A DNA stretch of 6,035 bases from Octopus sinensis (taxonomy: Eukaryota). Below, piece after piece: positions 1 to 6,035 of the stretch; within the stretch, counting starts at the first letter, position 1, and each line of letters starts with the position of its first letter. Below the pieces are notes generated by a model that was given only the letters and a program-made list of their open reading frames with translations, ran no database searches and was not told the DNA's origin. Both the position numbers and the translations under genes were made by a program. The stretch covers positions 1 to 6,035 of the forward strand of contig NW_021829391.1 of the NCBI RefSeq assembly GCF_006345805.1, in the 5' to 3' direction.

Positions 1-702
1 ATTATTCAATCATGTGAATTCCATAGGATTATGACCGTTTCTTCATGTAATATTAATTTCAGAATGCAGGAAATTCTATGTGCATGTTTGTATTTATATG
101 CATGCTCGGTATTATACAATACAATTGTATATTCACAAATGAATGCAAAAAAAAAAGAAGAAGACTAACTCATCAGAGCACCCCGAACATCACAGTTACA
201 TCGACAGTTCTACTTAATGTAAACAGGATGTTCAGGTGGTCTAATGAGCCAGGATTCTTTATTTACATCAATTTGTGAATATGTAATTGTATGGCATTAA
301 TGTGAACACTGAGCATAAGTATTAATGCAATCGTGTACGCATAATTTCATTGATGCTGAAAGTAACGCTACATGAAGTTTCGAAATGGCTATAATCCAAT
401 TGGCGCCATACTGTTAAATAGATAAATATTCACTCGTTGTCCCTCGTGAATTTATTTTTTTATATACACATCACAGAATAATATTTGCACAGGGATTTTC
501 TGTATTTTCAATTATATGCACACATTGCATAAGAGTATTTTGTAATTAATATCTATTTAGACTGATGACCGAATTCGTAAGCGGACCTTCCTGTCATAAT
601 GTGCTAATCGCACGATGCTCAAAATCCATGGCATATACTATTCATTTATATTCAGATATGTGCGTATGCGTGTGTATAGACACCTCACAGACATACAAAC
701 AT

Positions 703-704
<2 letters not shown>

Positions 705-748
<44 letters not shown>
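705..748. repeat. (GT)22 microsatellite
   Basis: Perfect GT dinucleotide run, read directly. Confidence 0.97.
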
Positions 749-750
<2 letters not shown>

Positions 751-760
751 TGTGTGGTCT

Positions 761-839
761 GGTCTGGGAATCGAAACTGCGACCCTCCAACGAGGAAGAA
801 ACGGTTATAATCCTAGTCACTGGGCCATTGTGCCTCCAC
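761..839 (-). mobile_element. Truncated, diverged tRNA-derived SINE head, same family as the element at 5244-5561
   Basis: Aligns to 5489-5561: about 5 mismatches in the first 30 nt and 5 in the last 28 nt, with a diverged middle 6 nt longer. Minus strand has an A-box-like TGGCCCAGTGA (827-817) and a B-box-like AGTTTCGATTCC (778-767). No body or tail follows. Confidence 0.88.
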
Positions 840-840
840 T

Positions 841-921
841 TATATATATGTGTGTGTGTGTGTGTGTAAGTATGTATGTATATATGCATATATATCCATA
901 TGTATATACATACACACATAC
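841..921. repeat. Mixed (TA)/(TG)/(TATG)/(CA) low-complexity tract
   Basis: Alternating purine-pyrimidine simple repeats, read directly. Confidence 0.9.
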
Positions 922-1132
922 GTACCTTTGTTAAAACTACTCTAGTCAGTAACACGACGTGATGATTGCAACGTGATAAAAACAGAAATATTCACCGTTG
1001 CACCTGACAGCCTAAGTCGATACTTTCCATTGACTGGTTGGTTGGCAGCAATATAATTAATCTAAGAAATTAGTCAGACACTACATCCACTCGATTCATT
1101 ATACCAAATATCAGTATTGGTTAGCTTTAATT

Positions 1133-1233
1133 TCAATGCTCTTCCTCTGAAGAACTTTTTTTTTTCCACTTTGCGTTTTCTTTTTTGTGCGTCTGCGATA
1201 AAGCGAATTCTTTCTCATCATCCAAAATATCAC
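1133..1233 (-). CDS. Candidate terminal coding exon of an unidentified gene: (G)DILDDEKEFALSQTHKKENAKWKKKSSSEEEH*
   Basis: Minus-strand acceptor ttttcaatattttctatgcag| (AG at 1235-1234). Phase-1 frame is open for 32 full codons to TGA at 1135-1133. The phase-0 frame (VIFWMMRK...QY*) is also open, so the frame rests on the upstream candidate exons. ATTAAA at 1131-1126 and AATAAA at 456-451 are possible poly(A) signals. No homology recognised. Confidence 0.4.
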
Positions 1234-1268
1234 CTGCATAGAAAATATTGAAAATGAATTTTGGTAGC

Positions 1269-1300
<32 letters not shown>

Positions 1301-1399
1301 TAATAATAATAATGATAATAATAAAAATAATAATGATTAATAATGATAATAATGATAATAATAATAATAAAAATAATAATGATAATAATAATAATAATA
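1269..1399. repeat. Imperfect (AAT)n trinucleotide repeat with GAT/AAA interruptions
   Basis: Read directly. Confidence 0.95.
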
Positions 1400-1508
1400 C
1401 AGTTGTCTGCATCAACAACGTCAACAACAAATGACTTTTGTGTCGGTAAAAAGATTGTACAGCGACTGCATAGACAGAGCCTGGGTCGTTGGTAGTAATC
1501 AAAGTAAA

Positions 1509-1918
1509 GTATATGTATATATGTGTGTGTGTGTGTGTGTGTGCACGTATGTACGTCTGTATGTATGTATGTATGTATGTATGTATGTATGAGTGTATAT
1601 ATGTATATGTGTGTATGCATATGTATGTGTATGTATATCTATACATACATATGCATACATACATATATGTATCATTTATGGACATATATATGTATGTATA
1701 TATGCATACGCATATACATGTATAAATGCACACACATACAAATACAAACACACACATATATGTATACATATATACATATATATGCGTATATACATATGCA
1801 TATCTCTATGTAGATATAGATATAGATATAATCTATATATTCACATGCAAGTGTGTACCTATATATATATAGATACATAGATAGATATATATGTGTTCAT
1901 ATATACATATATACACGT
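1509..1918. repeat. Compound microsatellite: (TG)n, (TATG)n, (CA)n, (TA)n, (TAGATA)n
   Basis: About 400 bp of mostly alternating purine-pyrimidine sequence. Confidence 0.93.
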
Positions 1919-2223
1919 AATATGAACCTATGTTTTATAGTTTTGAGCGAAACGTAGTTAGATAAGTAAAGCGAAGATTTCAATGGCTTTTAACTGAAGG
2001 AAATCTATTCAGGTTTTATGTTAAAAAATAAAATGATAAAAAGCTAAATCCGTATTGTCAGAATATTCACTTTTTCACCCTTCCACCTTCTACACGAACA
2101 CGCGCGCACACACAGACAGATGCACACATGCATACACACCTACAAGCAGAATATGTCGACTTCAAAAATGAATGGCTAGATGAAGTATATCTCTCTATAT
2201 TGACTAATACACATTGCACGTAC

Positions 2224-2241
2224 CTATATGAATGAGTGTCG
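2224..2241 (-). CDS. Candidate 18-nt microexon CGACACTCATTCATATAG (phase 1-1, adds TLIHI plus junction codons)
   Basis: Long T-rich tract ending ttacctcacccattcctcag| (AG at 2243-2242) and donor AG|gtacgt (GT at 2223-2222). Phase 0 contains TAG and phase 2 gives a stop on joining to 1233. Only phase 1 stays open into the 1233-1133 exon. Confidence 0.4.
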   Translation of the reverse strand, partial: RHSFI

Positions 2242-2399
2242 CTGAGGAATGGGTGAGGTAAATAATAATGATTTAAAGAAAAAAAATATATGAAAGGAAA
2301 AAATAATAAAAATATACTTTGAAGAGAAAAAAAAACCAAACTTTAGAGAATAAATAAAAGCGAAAAGAAAATGGAAGTATATTAATGAATTAAGGAAAG

Positions 2400-2740
2400 G
2401 AGTAGGTGGAAGGGGCTGTGGAGGAGGGGAGGAAGAAAAGGATATGGTGGTGATGGTGGTGGCGGAGGAGGAAGAGAAGGAGGAGGTTGTAGAGGAGGTT
2501 GTAGAGGAGGTTGTAGAGGAGGTTGTAGAGGAGGAGGAGGGGAGGAGGAAGAGGGGAGGGAGGGGCGGTGGGAAAATGAAGAAAGAAGGAACGAACGAAA
2601 AAGGAAATGATAAGGGTGAGGAGGAAAAATTGGGAGGGAAAAGGAAGAGGAGGAGGAGGAGGAGGAGAAGAAGAAGAAGAAGAAGAAGAAGAAGAAGAAG
2701 AAGAAGAAGAAGAAGAAGAAGAAGAAGAAGAAGAAGAAAG
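2400..2740 (+). repeat. Purine-rich block: (GAGGAGGTTGTA)4 at 2480-2527, (GAG)7 at 2647-2667, (AAG)23 at 2668-2736
   Basis: Units counted directly from the sequence. Confidence 0.95.
2553..2572 (+). other. Canonical G-quadruplex motif GGGGAGGGAGGGGCGGTGGG
   Basis: Four runs of at least 3 G with loops of 1, 1 and 4 nt. Motif only; folding not shown. Confidence 0.6.
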
Positions 2741-3063
2741 ACGCCATTTTTTGTTAATTAGTAATCACAATTAACAATATATTAAAAAGATCAAAAAGAA
2801 AAAAAGATCAAAAAAGAAAAGAAAAGTATTTTTAGATTAACAATAATTTTTAGAAATCTTTTGGAGATAAAATTGCGAGGAAATTATTAAAAGAAAAGGG
2901 AAGAGAAAAAAATAATAAAAAAATAAACGAAGCAAAAATGAAAGAGAGAGAGAGGCAGAAGGTAAGCAATATAAAACCTATGACATTCATTGTTCATTCG
3001 AGAAATATTAATATTTATATTTTTGGCTAGTAGTTTTTCTTTTCCTTTATATTACTTTATCTT

Positions 3064-3113
3064 ATTTATTATTATCATCATCATTATTATTATCATCATG
3101 ATCATCGTTGTTG

Positions 3114-3154
<41 letters not shown>

Positions 3155-3253
3155 TTATTATTCTTATTATTATTATTATATTATTATATCATCATGATCA
3201 TCTTGTTATTGTTTTATTATTATTATTTTATTATTATTATTATCATTATTATC

Positions 3254-3286
<33 letters not shown>

Positions 3287-3315
3287 GTATATATTATATT
3301 ATTTTATTATTATCA
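3064..3315. repeat. Imperfect (ATT)n/(ATC)n trinucleotide tract
   Basis: Read directly. TATCATCATGATCATC occurs at both 3091-3106 and 3187-3202. Confidence 0.94.
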
Positions 3316-3400
3316 CTTTCTCGTTTTGATTAGTTTCTTCCAACAACGTTTTACTTTTCAACGACATTTTCATCATTGCCAACCTCTTTCCTCTCTCCTT

Positions 3401-3470
3401 CCCCTCTTTCTCTCTCTCTCTCCCCCTCTTTCTCTCTCTCTCTCCCCCTCTTTCTCTCTCTCTCTCTCTC
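3401..3470. repeat. (CT)n-based tandem repeat with 22-bp period, CCCCTCTTT(CT)nC, about 3 copies
   Basis: Copies at 3401-3422, 3423-3444 and 3445-3470. Confidence 0.9.
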
Positions 3471-3508
3471 CATATGATTCCACCTCTCTTCTCAATTGCT
3501 TTTCTTAC

Positions 3509-3601
3509 TGTAATTATTTACTGAATATCCTTCAATATAATTATGCATGAAGATTTTCTTGCTAACTCTAAATTTCATGCTATTTTCTTTTTTTTTTTCC
3601 C
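3509..3601 (-). CDS. Candidate 93-nt internal exon (phase 1-1): EKKKENSMKFRVSKKIFMHNYIEGYSVNNY
   Basis: Branch-point-like CTAAC (3640-3636), C/T tract, acceptor cacacag| (AG at 3603-3602) and donor CA|gtaaga (GT at 3508-3507). Only the phase-1 frame is open. An upstream CAG (AG at 3625-3624) is an alternative acceptor. The frame depends on an 11-nt A run. Confidence 0.33.
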
Positions 3602-3654
3602 CTGTGTGGCGGTAGGGGAAGAGCTGGAAGGATGGGTTAGCTTTCATTGATATC

Positions 3655-3851
3655 GTCTTCATCATCATCAACAATATTTTCGTCGTTGTCTTTCTCTTCT
3701 TGCTCCTACTCCACCTCCTCTTCCTTTTCATCATCATCATCATCTTTTTCTTTTTCCTTTTCTTCTTCTTCTTCGTCTTCTTCTTCTTCTTCTTCTTCTT
3801 CTTCTTCTTCTTCTTCTTCTTCGTTTTCCTCTTCTTCTTCTTTCTTCTTCT

Positions 3852-3883
<32 letters not shown>

Positions 3884-3950
3884 GTCTTCCTCTTCTTCTT
3901 CTCTTACTTCTTCTTTTCTTCGTCTTCATCATTTTCTTTATCCTCGTCAT
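3655..3950. repeat. Pyrimidine-rich (CTT)n/(CAT)n/(CCT)n tract with perfect (CTT)15 at 3777-3821
   Basis: Read directly. Confidence 0.95.
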
Positions 3951-3991
3951 AATCATTACCAGGACCGCAATCATTCAGCAACAATGTCAGC

Positions 3992-4395
3992 GTCATCATC
4001 ATCATTAGTATCCTCATCATCCCCATCATCATCATCATTGTCATCGTTGTCGTCGTCGTCATCACCATCATCATATCCATCATCGACTTCACCACCACCA
4101 TCATCATCATCCCCATCATCATCATCCCCATCATCATCATCCCCATCATCATCATCCCCATCATCATCGTCGACGTCGTCGTCATCATCGCCATCATTAT
4201 ATCCATCATCGACTTCACACCACCATCATCAGCATCACTATTATCACCATCATCATCATCATCATCATCTTCATATGCATCATCATCTTCATCATCTTCA
4301 TCATCATCACCAGCATTGTAGTCATCATAATACTCATCTTTATCATCATCATCGTCATCATCATCATCATTATCATCAACAACAAAATCATCATC
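3992..4395. repeat. Imperfect (CAT)n tract containing (CATCATCATCATCCC)4 at 4099-4158 and an internal duplication offset by 126 bp
   Basis: ATATCCATCATCGACTTCAC is identical at 4073-4092 and 4199-4218. Confidence 0.93.
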
Positions 4396-4558
4396 TTTCA
4401 TATTGTGTTATTTTGTTTGTACTTTTGTTTCTTTTTTTAGCGGGTCGGGTGGTATTTCCTTTATTTTTTATACTTAGTAATTTATTACACATATATTCGT
4501 TATATCTAGCAGTTTAGGCAGCGGAGCTGTTGCTGCTGCAGCTATTCCACCTACTACA

Positions 4559-4561
<3 letters not shown>

Positions 4562-4611
<50 letters not shown>

Positions 4612-4648
4612 GACTACTGTTGCTGCTACATCGACGACGACGACGACG
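4562..4648. repeat. (ACT)16 at 4562-4609 and (GAC)5 at 4633-4647
   Basis: Counted directly. Confidence 0.95.
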
Positions 4649-4751
4649 GGAAATCCAAGAATATCGAAGTGGCTGCAATCATCTCCTGCTGACAGTAAAC
4701 ATATTCTAATATATTAATAAGCATATATACACACGTAGAATTGTGCGTCAG

Positions 4752-4952
4752 TGTATATATATATATATATATATAATATATATATAATGACTCATACGTA
4801 GCCAGACTGACATAACATTTAGAAACATCATTGGAACCAGTTAGATGTATACATATCTACACACATACATTCATACATAGATACGTGTGTGTATATATAT
4901 TTATATATATGTGTGTGCATGTGTGTTGTATATACACACATGCATATGTACA

Positions 4953-4984
<32 letters not shown>

Positions 4985-5150
4985 ATACACGCATGCGTAA
5001 TTACGTAAACACATGCTTATATAATGTGCCTGTATATATACATACACACACATTGCAACCATACTCATACATGCATCTGCATTTATTCATGTACATGTGT
5101 GCGTGTGTATGTCTTGTATACGTATGCGTGCCTATATGCTTCTACGTACT
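4752..5150. repeat. Compound TA/CA/TG microsatellite mosaic, including (TA)11 at 4754-4775 and (AT)12 at 4953-4976
   Basis: Read directly. Confidence 0.9.
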
Positions 5151-5233
5151 GTCTTAATGTCCGTCTTATTGAAGTGGGTTTCACAAAACCTGGAATGACA
5201 AATCTGATCAAATGATGACAGCTATAACCTATC

Positions 5234-5243
5234 ATAGGTACTA
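5234..5243 (+). repeat. Left copy of putative target-site duplication ATAGGTACTA
   Basis: Identical to 5801-5810. Lies 7 nt outside the T10 run that marks the SINE A-tail. Confidence 0.8.
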
Positions 5244-5561
5244 CATTTCATTTTTTTTTTGCCCTTTTCAAGCCTAGCCAGGCTCATGGACTCGGTTTCC
5301 CGGTTTCTATGGCGTATGTATTCCCCCCAGCTGGACGGGACGCCAGTCCATCGCAGCCTTACTCAAGAAACAGGAAGAGAGAGTGAGTGAAAGTTGAAGC
5401 GAAAAAGTACAACAGGAGTCGCCACCACCCACTGCCGGAGCCTCATGGAGCTTTAGGTGTTTTCGCTCAATAAACACACACAACGCTCGGTCTGGGAATT
5501 GAAAACGCGATCCTCCGACCGCGTGTCTGCTGCCCTAACCACTGGGTCATTGCGTCTCCAC
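5244..5561 (-). mobile_element. Full-length tRNA-derived SINE (element 1, about 318 bp), octopus-type; family name not confirmed
   Basis: Minus strand: tRNA-like head starting GTGGAGACGCAATG with A and B boxes, a 124-nt middle, a 103-nt 3' domain shared with element 2, then an A10 tail and TGAAATG. Confidence 0.9.
5495..5549 (-). promoter_or_regulatory. Internal Pol III promoter of element 1: A box TGACCCAGTGG (5549-5539) and degenerate B box GTTTTCAATTCC (5506-5495)
   Basis: Resembles type-2 Pol III consensus (TRGCNNAGYGG, GGTTCGANNCC) with tRNA-like spacing. Confidence 0.7.
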
Positions 5562-5800
5562 AAAATGCACCCTTTTTAAAGCCTAGCCAGGCTCATGTGC
5601 CCGGTTTCCCTGTTTCTATGGCGTATGTGTTCCCCCGGCTGGACGGGACGCCAGTCCATCGCAGCGTTACTCGTTTTTGCCAGCTTAGTGGACTGGAGCA
5701 ACGTGAAATGAAGTGTTTTGCGTCTCCCCGTCCAGGAATCGAAACCACAATCTTACGATCATGACGCTGACACCCTAACCACTAAGTCACGCGCCTCCAT
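5562..5800 (-). mobile_element. Second tRNA-derived SINE (element 2, about 239 bp), related subfamily with a different middle
   Basis: Head ATGGAGGCGCGTGACTTAGTGG...GATCGTAAGATTGTGGTTTCGATTCCTGG resembles the 3' half of eukaryotic tRNA-Arg as I recall it. The 3' domain 5570-5672 is about 91% identical to 5262-5364. Ends GGGTGCATTTT directly against the 5' base of element 1. Confidence 0.9.
5735..5789 (-). promoter_or_regulatory. Internal Pol III promoter of element 2: A box TGACTTAGTGG (5789-5779) and B box GGTTTCGATTCC (5746-5735)
   Basis: Close to A/B box consensus with tRNA-like spacing. Confidence 0.75.
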
Positions 5801-5810
5801 ATAGGTACTA
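5801..5810 (+). repeat. Right copy of putative target-site duplication ATAGGTACTA
   Basis: Immediately abuts the 5' end of element 2 and is identical to 5234-5243. Confidence 0.8.
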
Positions 5811-6035
5811 TGAAAATATATAAAATCCCTAGTAAGTTTAGCATGTTACATGACGCACATATACAAATGAAATCCATGCCTGCATATGTATATGTTTATC
5901 TAAGCTTCTGTGCATACATATGTAGGATGGATATCGATGCTTGGGTCAAATAAAAAAAGTATGCACCGTCGTAGAGACCATTTGCCTGTTGATGTAAACA
6001 TCTCTTCGAAAATCCAAGAAAGAAATGAAAACTAA

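Noticed and set aside
705-760. (GT)22 as an expansion of the adjacent SINE's internal GT repeat
   Set aside because: Orientation is opposite: the intact element shows ACACAC on the plus strand (5474-5482), while this tract is GT on the plus strand.
2140-2175. Minus-strand 36-nt exon-like segment (TAG|CCATT...TAG|gtgtgt)
   Set aside because: Has a stop in phase 1, and the intron from the microexon would be only 48 nt.
3616-3635. Plus-strand 20-nt exon-like segment (T-tract...GTAG| to GG|gttagc)
   Set aside because: Not frame-preserving, and its T-tract is the A run of the opposite-strand candidate exon. No supporting chain of plus-strand exons.
4441-4451. Plus-strand acceptor TTTTTTTAG followed by an 11-nt segment and GTATTT
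   Set aside because: Good acceptor but weak donor, length not a multiple of 3, and no partner exons.
4551-4688. Minus-strand CAGCAG acceptor followed by GDDCSHFDILGFP...
   Set aside because: The frame runs straight into poly-Val from the (GTA)n repeat, and the only in-phase donor (AG|gtggaa) is weak.
565-5215. Most ORFs in the supplied track (poly-CV, poly-I, poly-R/K/F/S, poly-M/D/H and YIH-rich products)
   Set aside because: They are translations of stop-free microsatellites, with overlapping ORFs on several frames and strands and no domain-like content.
5175-5237. Plus-strand 63-nt exon-like segment, open as GFHKTWNDKSDQMMTAITYH
   Set aside because: AAG acceptor with a modest pyrimidine tract and a weak GTACTA donor lying within the SINE TSD, with no compatible partner exon. 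It shows how easily pseudo-exons appear here.
5489-5800. Possible tRNA genes at the SINE heads (also 761-839)
   Set aside because: A/B boxes are present, but I cannot pair a proper acceptor stem or cloverleaf, and the heads run into SINE bodies. They are tRNA-derived, not tRNA genes.
5967-6003. Possible further upstream minus-strand exon (pyrimidine tract, AAG acceptor, RCLHQQANGLYD, G|gtgcat, phase 0 to 1)
   Set aside because: It would join the candidate gene in frame, but all three frames are open and the donor is weak, so it carries little evidence. Worth rechecking only if the downstream exons are confirmed.
1-6035. CRISPR array, prokaryotic operon or transposase/RT coding sequence
   Set aside because: No repeat-spacer structure, no long complex ORF and no RT or transposase motifs. 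The sequence is eukaryotic and mostly intronic or intergenic in character.

Overview
AT-rich eukaryotic genomic DNA, roughly half of it simple repeats ((GT)n, (AAT)n, (AAG)n, (CT)n, (CAT)n, (ACT)n and TA/TG/CA mosaics). The repeat load and the tRNA-derived SINEs suggest a cephalopod, probably Octopus; this is inference and was not searched. Nearly all ORFs in the supplied track are microsatellite artefacts. Best-supported structure: two related but different tRNA-derived SINEs lie head-to-tail on the minus strand (5244-5561 and 5562-5800). The pair is enclosed by a single 10-bp direct repeat, ATAGGTACTA (5234-5243 and 5801-5810), so it appears to have inserted as one chimeric unit. A third, older SINE head lies at 761-839. 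Less certain: three candidate minus-strand exons sit in the unique islands between repeats (3601-3509, an 18-nt microexon at 2241-2224, and a terminal exon at 1233-1133). All have canonical AG/GT sites where expected and join in phase 1 into one open frame encoding a Lys/Glu-rich C-terminus I do not recognise.
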